A model generated the notes under the pieces. The model was not told where the DNA came from. It worked only from the letters and a program-made list of their open reading frames with translations, and made no database searches. The translations under genes and the position numbers were made by a program. DNA of 64,000 nucleotides from Haliea sp. (lineage in GTDB: Bacteria > Pseudomonadota > Gammaproteobacteria > Pseudomonadales > Halieaceae). Numbering within the stretch: position 1 is the stretch's first letter; every line of letters starts with the position of its first letter. Of this stretch, positions 38,633 to 49,293 are shown one piece after another. The stretch covers positions 39,330 to 103,329 of the forward strand of contig NZNC01000011.1 in assembly GCA_002692965.1 (NCBI GenBank), given 5' to 3'.

Positions 38633-39106
38633 TCAGAGCTGTTTCAAGGTCAGCATACCGTCAACCCGGGCGCGCGCATCCTGGCGTGCGGAGATGGACT
38701 GCACCTCACTGCGGCGCACCAGGGAGGCGAGACTGATGCCACTCAGGAAGCCATGGATTTGGCGGCTCAGATCTTCCCACAGGTGATGCGTCAGACAGAC
38801 TTCGCCCTGCTGGCAGTCGGCCTTGCCGGCGCAGCCTGTGGCATCCACCGCCTCGTCGACGGCATCGATGATCTCGGCCACGAAAATGGCGTCATCCGGG
38901 CGGCTGAGGCGATAGCCGCCGCCGGGACCGCGGACACTGGTGACCAGCTGTCGCCGGCGCAGACGGGAGAACAACTGCTCGAGGTAAGACAGCGAAATGT
39001 CCTGCCGACTGGAAATATCCGCCAGGCTGACCGGCCCGGCAGTCCCGTGCAGGGCGAGATCCAGCATGGCAGTGACGGCGTAGCGGCCCTTGGTCGTCAG
39101 GCGCAT
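38633..39106 (-). CDS. iscR: Fe-S cluster assembly transcriptional regulator IscR (Rrf2 family)
   Basis: This is the internal ATG ([20 protein letters not shown]) of ORF 38633..39142. Cluster-ligand cysteines lie in [13 protein letters not shown]. Confidence 0.9.
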   Translation of the reverse strand: MRLTTKGRYAVTAMLDLALHGTAGPVSLADISSRQDISLSYLEQLFSRLRRRQLVTSVRGPGGGYRLSRPDDAIFVAEIIDAVDEAVDATGCAGKADCQQGEVCLTHHLWEDLSRQIHGFLSGISLASLVRRSEVQSISARQDARARVDGMLTLKQL

Positions 39107-39128
39107 GGCGACCCCCGGTCTGAGAAAG

Positions 39129-39153
39129 GCCCGAGTATGCAATACCCGACTAT
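39129..39153 (-). promoter_or_regulatory. Candidate IscR autoregulatory site / iscR promoter region
   Basis: The minus strand reads ATAGTCGGGTATTGCATACTCGGGC, preceded by TTGACC. It resembles my recollection of IscR type-1 sites (ATAG..ACTCGGG). No PWM scan was done. Confidence 0.3.
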
Positions 39154-39158
39154 TTAGG

Positions 39159-39899
39159 TCAACTTTTGTCCCGCGGGGTCTGCTTGAGGGTTTCTGTCAG
39201 GATGCCGCGCAGGATATTCAGCTCCATCTCGTCCAGCCGCACCCGCCCGTAGAGGCGGCGCAGGCGGGTCATCAGCTGGCGTGGCGCCGCGGGGTCCAGG
39301 AAACCGATCGCCACCAGGGTTTCTTCGAGGTGGGTGTAGAAGCGCTCCATGTTCTCGCGGGTGGCGAAGGGCGCATCCCACTGGTCCTCCGGCTGCTCCG
39401 GCAGCTCACCCGCCACCTGCAGCATGCGCAGCTCGTAGCAGACAATCTGCACCGCCATGGCCAGATTGAGGGAGCTGTAATCCGGATTCGTGGGCACGTG
39501 CAAATGCAAGTTGCACAGCTGAAGCTCATCGTTGGTCAGGCCGCGATCCTCGCGCCCGAAGAGCACGGCCACCTGCTCGCGACTCGAGCGCTGGGCCACC
39601 TGCTCGGCGCAGCGCCGCCCGTCCAGCACCGGCCAGGGGATACGCCGACCGCGGGCACTGGTGCCGACCACGAACTGACAGTCGGCAATCGCCTCCTCGA
39701 GGGAAGCGACCACTTCGGCCTGCTCGAGAACATCCAGCGCCCCCGCCGCCCGCCAGATGGCGCGTTCGTCGGGATACTGTCGCGGCGCCACCAACACCAG
39801 CCGCGACAGCCCCATGTTCTTCATGGCCCGGGCAGCCCCGCCAATATTGCCGGGATGCGAGGTGTTCACCAGTACGATACGGATATTGTCAAAATCCAT
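39159..39899 (-). CDS. trmJ: tRNA (cytidine/uridine-2'-O-)-methyltransferase TrmJ (SpoU family)
   Basis: 246-aa ORF with [25 protein letters not shown]. It is divergent from suhB, as in other gammaproteobacteria. Confidence 0.9.
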   Translation of the reverse strand: MDFDNIRIVLVNTSHPGNIGGAARAMKNMGLSRLVLVAPRQYPDERAIWRAAGALDVLEQAEVVASLEEAIADCQFVVGTSARGRRIPWPVLDGRRCAEQVAQRSSREQVAVLFGREDRGLTNDELQLCNLHLHVPTNPDYSSLNLAMAVQIVCYELRMLQVAGELPEQPEDQWDAPFATRENMERFYTHLEETLVAIGFLDPAAPRQLMTRLRRLYGRVRLDEMELNILRGILTETLKQTPRDKS

Positions 39900-40018
39900 G
39901 GATTCAGCTGCCGTCGCCGCGCGAGAAAAGCCGGCGAGTATAGCAGATTGCCGGTGTCGCCCGGCGCATAACTGCTGCTATAATCCGCCGCCCCACATAC
40001 CGCACCCAGGACTGTCCT

Positions 40019-40849
40019 ATGGAACCCATGGTCAACATCGCGCTGCGCGCCGCCCGCAAGGCCGGAGAACAGATCGTGCGCGCCTCGGATGACCTGGACC
40101 GGCTCAACGTGCGCAGCAAGGGTCGCAACGACTTCGTTTCCGAAGTGGACCACGCCGCGGAGCGGGAAATCCGCTACCACCTGAACAAGGCCTACCCCGA
40201 CCACGCCATCCTGGGCGAGGAGGAGGGACTGATCGGCGACGAGAACGCCGAGTACCGCTGGGTCATCGACCCTCTGGACGGGACCACCAACTTCCTGCGC
40301 GGCATTCCCCACTACGCAATTTCGATTGCCTGCCTGTACCGCGGCAAGGTCGAACATGCGGTCGTGGTCGACCCGGTGCGCCGGGAAGAATTTACCGCCT
40401 CCCGCGGCCGCGGCGCCCAGCTCAACGGCCACCGCATCCGCGTCAGCAGCCGCCCGAGCCTGGACGGCGCTTTGCTGGGTACCGGCATTCCCTTCAAGAA
40501 TCACTGCGACAGCCAGCTGCCCAGCTACACCAAGTCCCTGGAGCTGCTGGCCGCCCAGTGCGCCGGCATCCGCCGCGCTGGCGCCGCCTCCCTGGACCTG
40601 GCCTACGTTGCCGCCGGCCGCCTCGACGCCTTCTGGGAACTGGGCCTGGCGCCCTGGGACATGGCCGCGGGCGCTCTGCTGGTCAAGGAAGCTGGCGGGC
40701 TGGTGGCCGACGTGGATGCCTCGGACCGCTTCATGGATTCGGGCAACATCGTGGCCGGCAATCCCAAGTGCTTCAAGGCGGTCCTTCAGGTCACCCGCCC
40801 CCTCCTCGCTCGCCGCGAAGCTGCCGGTTCCGATTCCGCCGAGGATTGA
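40019..40849 (+). CDS. suhB: Inositol monophosphatase family protein SuhB
   Basis: 276-aa ORF starting MEPMVNIALRAARKAG, with WVIDPLDGTTNF. Confidence 0.93.
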   Translation: MEPMVNIALRAARKAGEQIVRASDDLDRLNVRSKGRNDFVSEVDHAAEREIRYHLNKAYPDHAILGEEEGLIGDENAEYRWVIDPLDGTTNFLRGIPHYAISIACLYRGKVEHAVVVDPVRREEFTASRGRGAQLNGHRIRVSSRPSLDGALLGTGIPFKNHCDSQLPSYTKSLELLAAQCAGIRRAGAASLDLAYVAAGRLDAFWELGLAPWDMAAGALLVKEAGGLVADVDASDRFMDSGNIVAGNPKCFKAVLQVTRPLLARREAAGSDSAED

Positions 40850-40926
40850 GCACCCTCGCCTGACCTCGCCGGCCGGCCTGCCCGGCTGGTTGCTCTGCCC
40901 GGGTACTTCGAACACGGAGGACGGCG

Positions 40927-41028
40927 AGGTAGCCAAGGGCGTTCCGGGACCGTCGGCGGCCAGGGAGGGCCGCCAACGAGCGTACAGGGATGTATACACA
41001 GCGTGTCCCGGAACGCCCTTGGCTACCT
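40927..41028. repeat. 24-bp perfect inverted repeat (AGGTAGCCAAGGGCGTTCCGGGAC / GTCCCGGAACGCCCTTGGCTACCT) with a 54-nt spacer that carries its own hairpin
   Basis: Arms at 40927-40950 and 41005-41028 were read directly. The inner hairpin is GTCGGCGGCC-aggga-GGGCCGCCAAC. It lies between the convergent suhB and secF genes. Confidence 0.85.
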
Positions 41029-41081
41029 TGCCGCCCGGGTTTGCTTACAACCGGTGCGGCAGGCAGCCGCAACAGAGACTG

Positions 41082-41996
41082 TCAGGGCGCCAGGTCGTCC
41101 TGCTCTGCCCCTTCCTTGACCGGAATCATCAGGTCCTCCTTGCTGACATTGAGCATCAGCAGGGTATTCGCCGCCACGTAGATGGACGAATAGGTACCGA
41201 TGACCACACCGACCAGCAGGGCGATGGCAAAGCCATATATCATGTCGCCACCGAACACCGCCAGCGCCACCAGCACCAGCAAGGTGGTCAAGGAGGTCAC
41301 CAGGGTGCGACCCAGGGTCTCCGAGAGGGAAATGTTGATGATCGAGACCGGGCCCTCGCCACGCACCTTGCGGAAATTCTCACGGATGCGGTCGGAAACC
41401 ACGATGGTGTCGTTGAGGGAGTAACCGATGACCGCCAGCAGGGCTGCCAGCACGGTGAGGTCGAAGTCCATGCCAGTGATGGAGAAAAAGCCCAGTGTAA
41501 TCACGATATCGTGGAACAGGGCCGCCACCGCGCCGACGGCGAATTTCATCTGGAAGCGGAAGGCGATGTAGAGCATCACCAGGCCCAGGGCCAATAGAAT
41601 GGCCAGGCCGCCCTGCTCCCGCAACTCCGCGCCCACCTGGGGGCCGATAAACTCCGTCCGACGCAGCTCCACCGTGCCTTCGAAGTTGTCCTGCAGCAGC
41701 GTCAGCATGGCCCGGGCATCGGCATCCGACTTGCCCTGGGGCAGACGGATCAGTACATCGCGGTCGGTGCCAAAGGCCACGACCACCGCACCGGCAAAGC
41801 CATTGCCGTCCAGCAGCCCGCGAATGGCACTGAGATCCGCGGTTTCACTGTAGTGGACTTCCACCAGGGTGCCGCCGGTGAAATCGAGGCCCCAGTTCAA
41901 CTGGCGGGTCGCGAGAGAGCCGATCGACAGGACCAGCAGGACCACCGACAGGCCGAGGGCCAGCTTGCGCTGCCCCATGAAGTTCAAGACTTTCAT
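41082..41996 (-). CDS. secF: Protein translocase subunit SecF
   Basis: 304-aa ORF with a 4-nt overlap with secD. The membrane topology is typical of SecF. Confidence 0.95.
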   Translation of the reverse strand: MKVLNFMGQRKLALGLSVVLLVLSIGSLATRQLNWGLDFTGGTLVEVHYSETADLSAIRGLLDGNGFAGAVVVAFGTDRDVLIRLPQGKSDADARAMLTLLQDNFEGTVELRRTEFIGPQVGAELREQGGLAILLALGLVMLYIAFRFQMKFAVGAVAALFHDIVITLGFFSITGMDFDLTVLAALLAVIGYSLNDTIVVSDRIRENFRKVRGEGPVSIINISLSETLGRTLVTSLTTLLVLVALAVFGGDMIYGFAIALLVGVVIGTYSSIYVAANTLLMLNVSKEDLMIPVKEGAEQDDLAP

Positions 41997-43882
41997 GCCT
42001 GCGCCTCCTTGACAGACCCGATGGACAGAGTGCGCACCTTGCGGCCACCGTAAATCAGGTTGACCAGTGCGCGGGTACCGACAATGGCGGTAAACATCGA
42101 GGTCACGATGCCCACCGACAGGGTCACTGCGAAGCCCTTAATCGGGCCAGTGCCCACGGCATAGAGAATCACCGCGACGATCAGGGTGGTGATGTTGGCG
42201 TCGAGAATGGTCGACAGGGCCGCATCATAGCCCTGGTGAATCGCCATCTGGGGACTTCGCCCCTGTTTCAGCTCCTCGCGTATCCGCGAGAAGATCAGCA
42301 CGTTGGCGTCCACCGCCATACCGACCGTGAGCACGATACCGGCGATGCCGGGCAGAGTCAGCGTAGCCCCGATCAGTGACATGAAGGCCACCAGCAGAAT
42401 CAGGTTGGCACTCAGGGCGAGCACGGCAATGACGCCGAACAGGCGGTAGTAGAAGATCATGAACAATACCACCAGCCCGAGGCCGTACTGCACTGACTTG
42501 ACCCCCAGGCGAATGTTTTCCGCACCCAGGGACGGGCCCACGGTGCGTTCTTCGACAAAGGTGATCGGCGCGGCGAGGGCGCCGGCGCGCAGCATCAGCG
42601 CCAGCTCGGACGCCTCCAGCGGGCTGTCGAGACCGGTGATCTGGAACTGCGCCCCGAGGGCCGACTGGATCACCGGTGCGGTGAGCAGTTTCTTCTCGTC
42701 GTAGGGGATCTGGATCGGCTTCTCGGTGCCGTCCGCCTGAACTTCGTAGCGGGTGCGGTATTTGCGCTCGATGAACAGCACGCCCATGCGGCGCTTGATG
42801 TTGTTGCGGGTGGCCCGGGACATCAGCGTGCCCCCCTCGCTGTCCAGGCTGATCTGCACGTTTGGACGACCGTTCTCGTCGAAACTGGCCTGGGCATTGG
42901 CGACGTGCTCGCCGGTGATGATCACGTCACGCTCGAGCCATTCGCTCATCCCGGCGCGCTCTTCACCGCGGTACTCGAATTCCTGTTTCTCGGATTCCGG
43001 GGCATCCAGGTTCGCCACCAGGCGGAATTCCAGGTTGGCCACCGTACCCAGGATGCGCTTGGCCTCGGCCGTGTCCTGGATCCCGGGCAGCTCCACCACG
43101 ATACGGCTGCGGCCCTGGCGCTGTACCAGGGGCTCGGAAACCCCCAGCTCGTTGACCCGGTTGCGCAGGGTGGTCAGGTTCTGGCTGACGGCGTAATCGG
43201 CGATCTCGCTGATCATCTGCTCGGTCATGGCGGCGTAGAGAATCCAGTTGTCACCCTCCTCCACCCGGTCCAGGAACAACTCGGGATGCTCGTCGGCCAC
43301 CAGCTCGCGGGCCCGATCGCGGTCCGCCTCGCTGCGGAAGCGGGCCTCGACCCGCCCTTCGCGATCCTGGCCAACCATGCCGCGGATACGCTCCTCCCGC
43401 AGCAGGCGCCGCACCGAGTTCTGGTAGAACTCCTGACGCCGCTCCACCGCGGCATCGATATCCACTTCCAGCTTGAAGTGCACCCCGCCACTGAGGTCGA
43501 GGCCCAGCTTCATCGGCTGCGCACCGAAGTCACTGAGCCACTCCGGCGTGGTGGGCGCGAGGTTCAGGGCGACGATAAAGCCGTCGCCGAGGGCGCGCTG
43601 CAGGCGCGCCTGGCCCACCAGCTGCTGGTCGGCACTGCGCAGGCGGATCAGGGCGTTGCGGCCACCGGGATCGATCTCCTCACCGAAGTGCTCAATGCCA
43701 GCCTCCTCCAGGGCCTGGGTGGCCCGCGCCAGGGTCTGCTCGTCGATCACCTGGGCGCTGCTGGCACCGGTTACCTGCAGGGCCGGATCGGGGGCGTAGA
43801 GGTTGGGTGCCGCGTAGAACAACCCGAGGCACAGCACGGCCAGTACCAGCAGGTATTTCCACAGAGGGTAGGAGTTCAGCAT
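41993..43882 (-). CDS. secD: Protein translocase subunit SecD
   Basis: 629-aa ORF starting MLNSYPLWKYLLVLAVL, with a large periplasmic domain. Confidence 0.95.
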   Translation of the reverse strand: MLNSYPLWKYLLVLAVLCLGLFYAAPNLYAPDPALQVTGASSAQVIDEQTLARATQALEEAGIEHFGEEIDPGGRNALIRLRSADQQLVGQARLQRALGDGFIVALNLAPTTPEWLSDFGAQPMKLGLDLSGGVHFKLEVDIDAAVERRQEFYQNSVRRLLREERIRGMVGQDREGRVEARFRSEADRDRARELVADEHPELFLDRVEEGDNWILYAAMTEQMISEIADYAVSQNLTTLRNRVNELGVSEPLVQRQGRSRIVVELPGIQDTAEAKRILGTVANLEFRLVANLDAPESEKQEFEYRGEERAGMSEWLERDVIITGEHVANAQASFDENGRPNVQISLDSEGGTLMSRATRNNIKRRMGVLFIERKYRTRYEVQADGTEKPIQIPYDEKKLLTAPVIQSALGAQFQITGLDSPLEASELALMLRAGALAAPITFVEERTVGPSLGAENIRLGVKSVQYGLGLVVLFMIFYYRLFGVIAVLALSANLILLVAFMSLIGATLTLPGIAGIVLTVGMAVDANVLIFSRIREELKQGRSPQMAIHQGYDAALSTILDANITTLIVAVILYAVGTGPIKGFAVTLSVGIVTSMFTAIVGTRALVNLIYGGRKVRTLSIGSVKEAQA

Positions 43883-43967
43883 GACATTACTCGGGCCCGA
43901 AAAAGGCCGTCCATTATAGAGAAACAGGCAGGGGTCACAAGGACCGCCCGGCGGGCGGCCCTCCAGC

Positions 43968-46900
43968 TTATCCCAACCAGCGGCGTGCGTTGCGGAACAG
44001 GCGCAGCCAGGGGCCGTCCTCGCCCCATTCCGCCGGCGCCCAGGAGTGCTGCACCGTGCGAATTACCCGCTCCGGGTGCGGCATCATCACGGTCACCCGT
44101 CCGTCGCGACTGGTCACACCGGCGATACCCAGCGGCGAACCGTTGGGGTTGGCCGGGTAGCGCTCGGCCACCGACAGGTCGTTTTCCAGGTAACGCAGGG
44201 CCACCTGGGCGCCACTGTCGCAGCTGCGCTGCGCCTGCTCGTCACTGAATTCGGCGCGGCCCTCGCCGTGGGCCACGGCGATCGGCATGTGTGAACCCGA
44301 CATGTCGGCGAGCAGAATCGAGGGGTTCTCCTCCACCCGCACCAGGGCCAGGCGCGCCTCGAACTGCTCCGAGCGGTTGCGGCGGAAGCGCGGCCAGTGC
44401 TCGGTACCCGGAATCAGCGACTGCAGGCTGGAGACCATCTGGCAACCGTTGCAGACACCCAGGGTGAAGCTGTCATCGCGCAGGAAGAAGGCGGCGAACT
44501 GCTCGCGCAGACCCTCGTTGAAGAGGATGTTTTTCGCCCAGCCCTCGCCGGCACCCAGCACGTCGCCGTAGGAAAAGCCGCCGCAGGCGACCAGGCCCTT
44601 GAAGTCCTGCAGGTGATGGCGCCCGCTGTGCAGGTCGCTCATGTGCACATCGACCGGCGTGAAACCGGCGCGGTGGAAGGCCGCGGCCATTTCCACCTGG
44701 CCATTCACGCCCTGCTCGCGCAAGACCGCCACCCGCGGACGGGCGCCGGTGGCAATGAAGGGCGCCGCAATATCCTCGGCCGGATCAAAGCTCAGCCCAG
44801 CCGACAGCCCCGGGTCCTCGGCGGTGATGCGGGCAAACTCCTCGTCGGCACAGGCGGGGTTGTCACGCAGGGCCGCCATGGCGTGACTGGTGCGCGACCA
44901 CAGGGCCTGCAGGCGGTCGCGACGGTCCTCCAGCAAGAGGCTGTCGCCGGACTGCAGGCGCACACGGTTGCCGGGCACCGCCCGGCCCAGCACCTGCAGG
45001 CAATCGCCGAGCCCCAGTTCGGCCGCACGCTGCTGCAGCTGCGCCAGATCGGCCCGGGCGATCTGCAGGACAGCCCCCGCCTCCTCGGTAAACAGGGCGG
45101 CCAGCGGCGCTGCGCCAGCGCCCGGGATATCCAGTTCCAGCCCACAGTGGCCGGCAAAGGCCATCTCCAGCAGGGTTACCAGCAGACCGCCGTCAGAGCG
45201 GTCGTGGTAAGCCAGCAGGCGTTCGCCGGCCAGCAGCTCCTGGACCAGGGTGAAGAAACCGCGAAGATCCTCCGGGCGTTCCACATCCGGCACCCGGTCC
45301 CCCAGCTGGCCGTAGACCTGGGCCAGTGCCGAGCCGCCGAGGCGGCAGGCGCCGCGGCCGAGATCCAGCAGCACCAGCACGGCATCCGCCTCGGGCTGCA
45401 GTTGCGGCGTGACCGCCAGGCGGGCATCGGTGACCGGCGCGAAGGCGGAGACGATCAGCGACACCGGCGCCGTCACCGCCTTCGCCTGATCACCCTCCTG
45501 CCACTGGGTGCGCATGGACATGGAGTCCTTGCCCACCGGAATGGTGATACCCAGGGCCGGGCAGAACTCCAGGCCCACCGCGCGCACGGTGTCGTAGAGG
45601 GTGACATCCTCGACACCGTGGCCCGCCGCGCACATCCAGTTGGCGGAAAGCTTGATGTCCTGCAGCCGCGCCACCGGCGCCGCGCAGAGATTGGTAATCG
45701 CCTCGGCCACCGCCATCCGGCCCGATGCCGGCCCGTCGATCAGGGCCAACGGGGTGCGTTCACCCATGGCCATCGCTTCCCCGGCATGACTGTCATAGGA
45801 GACCGTGGTCACCGCACAGTCGGCCACCGGCACCTGCCAGGGCCCGACCATCTGGTCCCGGGCCACCATCCCGGTCACCGTGCGGTCACCGATGGTAATC
45901 AGGAACTGCTTGCTGGCCACGGTGGGAAGCTGCAGGACCCGCTCCAGGGCGTCTTCCAGGGGGGCGTCGATACGCACGGGCGCGTGCGCTACCGGGCGAC
46001 GTACCACGTCCCGATGCATCTTCGGTGGCTTGCCGAACAGCACCGACATGGGCAGGTCCACCGGGCGGTTATCAAAATGCGGGTCCGCCAGCACCAGGCA
46101 CTGCGCTTCCGTGGCCTCGCCCACCACGGCATAGGGCGCACGCTCGCGTTCGCAGATGGCCGCGAAGCGCGGCATGTCGCCGGGCTCCACCGCCAGCACA
46201 TAGCGCTCCTGGGATTCGTTGCACCAGATGGCCAGGGGCGACATGCCCGGCTCGTCGTTGGGCACCGCACGCAGGTCGAAGCGACCACCGCGACCGCCGT
46301 CCTTGACCAGCTCCGGCAGCGCGTTGGACAGACCGCCGGCACCGACGTCGTGAATAAAGGCAATCGGGTTGTCGGCACCCAGCTGCCAGCAGCGGTCGAT
46401 GACCTCCTGGCAGCGGCGCTCCATCTCCGGGTTCTGGCGCTGCACCGAGGCGAAGTCGAGATCCTCGTCACTGGCGCCGCTGGCCATGGAGGACGCCGCC
46501 CCGCCGCCGAGGCCGATCAACATGGCCGGGCCGCCGAGCACCACCAGTTTGGCGCCGGCGCTAAACTGGCCCTTCTCGACATGCTCCTCGCGGATATTGC
46601 CGTAGCCCCCGGCGATCATGATCGGTTTGTGGTAACCGCGACGCTCCTCGCCATCCGGCCCCGGGGCATCCAGCTCGAAGCTGCGGAAGTAACCGCAGAG
46701 GTTGGGGCGGCCAAATTCATTGTTGAAGGCGGCGCCGCCAATCGGCCCCTCCAGCATGATCTGCAGGGGAGAGACAATGCGCCCGGGCCGCCCGTAGTCG
46801 GACTCCCAGGGCTGGGGCAGCTCGGGAATGCACAGGTTGGAGACGGAGAAACCGGTCAGGCCCACCTTGGGCTTGGAGCCCCGGCCCACGGCACCTTCGT

Positions 46901-47876
46901 CGCGAATCTCGCCCCCCGAGCCGGTACCGGCCCCGGGGAAGGGGGCGATGGCGGTCGGGTGATTGTGGGTTTCCACCTTCATCAACAGGTGAATGTTCTC
47001 GTCGGAGAAGCCGTACTCGCCGCTCTCCGGGTCGGGATAGAAGCGCCCCGCCCGATGTCCGCGCACTACCGCGGCGTTGTCGGAATAGGCCGAGAGCACA
47101 TCTTCGCCGCCACAGGCGTGGGTGTTGCGGATCATCGCGAACAGCGAGTGGCTCTGCTCCTCGCCATCGATGCTCCAGCTGGCGTTGAAGATCTTGTGCC
47201 GGCAGTGCTCGGAGTTCGCCTGGGCGAACATCATCAGCTCCACATCACTGGGATTGCGGCCCAGGGCGGTAAAGCTTTCTACCAGATAGTCGATCTCGTC
47301 ATCCGCCAGGGCCAGGCCCAGCGCGCGGTCCGCCTGCTCCAGGGCGGAGCGCCCCCCCGCAAGCACATCGACACTGCCCATGGGGGCAGGCTCGGCATGC
47401 TCGAACAGGCAACTTGCCGCCTCCAGGCTGTCGAGAACACTCTCGGTCATGCGATCGTGAAGCAGCGCCTTAACCTGCTGCCGACTCGCGGCGTCCAGGC
47501 CCTCCGGCAGTTTCAGCCAGAAGGCGGTGCCCCGCTCGAGGCGGCGAACCGCTCCCAGACCACAGTTGTGGGCGATGTCGGTGGCTTTGCTGGCCCAGGG
47601 GGAGATGGTCCCCGGGCGCGGCACGACCAGCGACAGTGTCGAAGCGGCGATCGCCGCCGCGCTCGGAGCGGACGGTGCACCGGCGGCCGGAGAAGCGTCC
47701 CCAAGCAACTGACTCAGTCGCAGGTCATCGCCGTCGGCGAGCGCTGCGGAAAGTTCGGCAAAGTGGACAAACTGGCTGTCCAGCAGGCGAATATCGGGGT
47801 GGATGGCAGACAGCTTTTCGGCCAGCTTGTCAGCCCGGAAGGGAGACAGGGCCGGGGCACCGCGCAGGATCAACAT
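43968..47876 (-). CDS. purL: Phosphoribosylformylglycinamidine synthase (large single-chain PurL)
   Basis: ORF track 43968..47903. I prefer ATG 47876 ([14 protein letters not shown]). A C-terminal glutaminase motif GVCNGCQ is present. Confidence 0.95.
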   Translation of the reverse strand: MLILRGAPALSPFRADKLAEKLSAIHPDIRLLDSQFVHFAELSAALADGDDLRLSQLLGDASPAAGAPSAPSAAAIAASTLSLVVPRPGTISPWASKATDIAHNCGLGAVRRLERGTAFWLKLPEGLDAASRQQVKALLHDRMTESVLDSLEAASCLFEHAEPAPMGSVDVLAGGRSALEQADRALGLALADDEIDYLVESFTALGRNPSDVELMMFAQANSEHCRHKIFNASWSIDGEEQSHSLFAMIRNTHACGGEDVLSAYSDNAAVVRGHRAGRFYPDPESGEYGFSDENIHLLMKVETHNHPTAIAPFPGAGTGSGGEIRDEGAVGRGSKPKVGLTGFSVSNLCIPELPQPWESDYGRPGRIVSPLQIMLEGPIGGAAFNNEFGRPNLCGYFRSFELDAPGPDGEERRGYHKPIMIAGGYGNIREEHVEKGQFSAGAKLVVLGGPAMLIGLGGGAASSMASGASDEDLDFASVQRQNPEMERRCQEVIDRCWQLGADNPIAFIHDVGAGGLSNALPELVKDGGRGGRFDLRAVPNDEPGMSPLAIWCNESQERYVLAVEPGDMPRFAAICERERAPYAVVGEATEAQCLVLADPHFDNRPVDLPMSVLFGKPPKMHRDVVRRPVAHAPVRIDAPLEDALERVLQLPTVASKQFLITIGDRTVTGMVARDQMVGPWQVPVADCAVTTVSYDSHAGEAMAMGERTPLALIDGPASGRMAVAEAITNLCAAPVARLQDIKLSANWMCAAGHGVEDVTLYDTVRAVGLEFCPALGITIPVGKDSMSMRTQWQEGDQAKAVTAPVSLIVSAFAPVTDARLAVTPQLQPEADAVLVLLDLGRGACRLGGSALAQVYGQLGDRVPDVERPEDLRGFFTLVQELLAGERLLAYHDRSDGGLLVTLLEMAFAGHCGLELDIPGAGAAPLAALFTEEAGAVLQIARADLAQLQQRAAELGLGDCLQVLGRAVPGNRVRLQSGDSLLLEDRRDRLQALWSRTSHAMAALRDNPACADEEFARITAEDPGLSAGLSFDPAEDIAAPFIATGARPRVAVLREQGVNGQVEMAAAFHRAGFTPVDVHMSDLHSGRHHLQDFKGLVACGGFSYGDVLGAGEGWAKNILFNEGLREQFAAFFLRDDSFTLGVCNGCQMVSSLQSLIPGTEHWPRFRRNRSEQFEARLALVRVEENPSILLADMSGSHMPIAVAHGEGRAEFSDEQAQRSCDSGAQVALRYLENDLSVAERYPANPNGSPLGIAGVTSRDGRVTVMMPHPERVIRTVQHSWAPAEWGEDGPWLRLFRNARRWLG

Positions 47877-47960
47877 GCTGTGGCGAGCTCCAGGAGGGAT
47901 CAAATGGAAGCTCGCTATTGTACGTGATCCCGGCGCCCCGGTTAAGGCGACATATCTACA

Positions 47961-49148
47961 CTAGACGAAGAAGTCGCTCGAGTCGGCGCCCAGGAGCACG
48001 GAACCGAAATTGCGCCCAAAGGCGGTCGGGTTGTTGGCTACGTGGGCCCGGCCAGTGTGGATATCCATGAAGCGCTGCTGCAACTCGTTACCCAGGAAGA
48101 CCGAGCTGCCACCGGCGGAGGAAAACAGGCTGTCGATCACGCCCATGCAGCGCTCGATGACCAGGGAGGCCTGGTAGCGGTACTTGATGCGCTCCAGCAC
48201 CGGCACCGACTCCCCGGCACGCACCTGCGCCATCATGCGATCAAAGTTGCTGAACAGAATCGCCTCCAGTTCGTCCAGGGTGTTGACCGCGGCGGCAATA
48301 CGCTCCTGGGTGGCAGTGTCACCGGCGAGCTTGGTGACATCACCGCTGGCCTTGCCCAGTACCGTGCGGCGATAGATATCCACCGCATCGCGGGCGGCGC
48401 CGATCGCCGGGGTACAGACCACGCGCACGAAGAGCTGGGCCCAGGGCAGACGATACAGCGGCGCGCTGTCCGCGGTCACGCCGGGGTTGGTGCCCTGGAA
48501 GCCGTCTTCGGCCTTGTGGGTGCGATAGTCGGGCACGAAGACATCCTCCACGACGATATCCTTGGACCCGGTGCCCTGGAGACCCATGACGTGCCAGGTG
48601 TCGACGATTTCGTAGTCGCGGCGGGGCACCAGGAAAGTGCGGAAGCCGCCGTCCGGGCAGATGGCACCCAGCAGCGCCCAGGTGCAGTGATCGCTGCCGC
48701 TGCTCCAGCCCCAGCGGCCGCTGAAGCGGAAACCGCCCTCGACTTCGGTCACCTTGCCCATGGGCGCATAGGCCGAGGAAGCCCGGGCATGAATGTCCTC
48801 ACCCCAGACCTCCTCCTGGGCGCGCTCATCCATCAGCGCAATCTGAAAGGCGTGCACTGCCACGATGCCCGCGGCCCAGGCCGTGGACATGCAATTTTCC
48901 GCGATCGCCAGGTGCATGCGGAAGAAGTCCTGGGGGTCGACCTCGAGACCACCCCAGCGCTTCGGCTGCAGCGCCAGGAAGAAGCCGGCCTCCTTGAGCG
49001 CATCGATGTTTTCCTGGGGCACCATGCGCTCCTCGCGGGCGCGACCGGCATTGCCCCGGAACAGTTCGCCCAGGGCAGCCACCTTGGCAAAAACCTCATT
49101 GGCACCGGTTTCGGGGCGGTGAGTCAGGGGAAGCGCGGGAAGTGTCAT
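47961..49148 (-). CDS. Acyl-CoA-dehydrogenase-fold flavin-dependent monooxygenase (HsaA/HpaH/DszC-like)
   Basis: ORF track 47961..49184 has a TTG start. I prefer ATG 49148 (MTLPALPL), which has a GGAGAA RBS. The sequence GGFRFSGRWGWSSGSDHCTW is typical of the group D flavin monooxygenase/ACAD fold. The substrate is unknown. Confidence 0.65.
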   Translation of the reverse strand: MTLPALPLTHRPETGANEVFAKVAALGELFRGNAGRAREERMVPQENIDALKEAGFFLALQPKRWGGLEVDPQDFFRMHLAIAENCMSTAWAAGIVAVHAFQIALMDERAQEEVWGEDIHARASSAYAPMGKVTEVEGGFRFSGRWGWSSGSDHCTWALLGAICPDGGFRTFLVPRRDYEIVDTWHVMGLQGTGSKDIVVEDVFVPDYRTHKAEDGFQGTNPGVTADSAPLYRLPWAQLFVRVVCTPAIGAARDAVDIYRRTVLGKASGDVTKLAGDTATQERIAAAVNTLDELEAILFSNFDRMMAQVRAGESVPVLERIKYRYQASLVIERCMGVIDSLFSSAGGSSVFLGNELQQRFMDIHTGRAHVANNPTAFGRNFGSVLLGADSSDFFV

Positions 49149-49293
49149 ACTATTGTTCTCCGGGTTGACGGTTGACAGGCTCAAGCGTAGCGCTGAAACA
49201 GATTCCGCCCATACCTTGAATAGGGGATCAGTCGGGCTTTGTCCACTTTCCGTAGAGCTTCGCAGATTCCACCGACCCGGTTACCATGGCCCC

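Noticed and set aside
44397-47927. 1176-aa plus-strand ORF. Similar very long ORFs occur at 8663-10567 (+), 13428-14924 (+), 18196-20364 (-), 23201-25075 (+), 3260-4456 (+), 35878-37410 (+), 39866-40999 (-) and 40326-41597 (+).
   Set aside because: Each lies antisense to, or out of frame with, a gene that has unmistakable family motifs (purL, alaS, TonB receptor, gcvP, aceA, DUF499, rlmN/ndk, suhB, secF). Their translations are Arg/Gly/Ala/Pro-rich low-information sequences typical of shadow ORFs in high-GC DNA.
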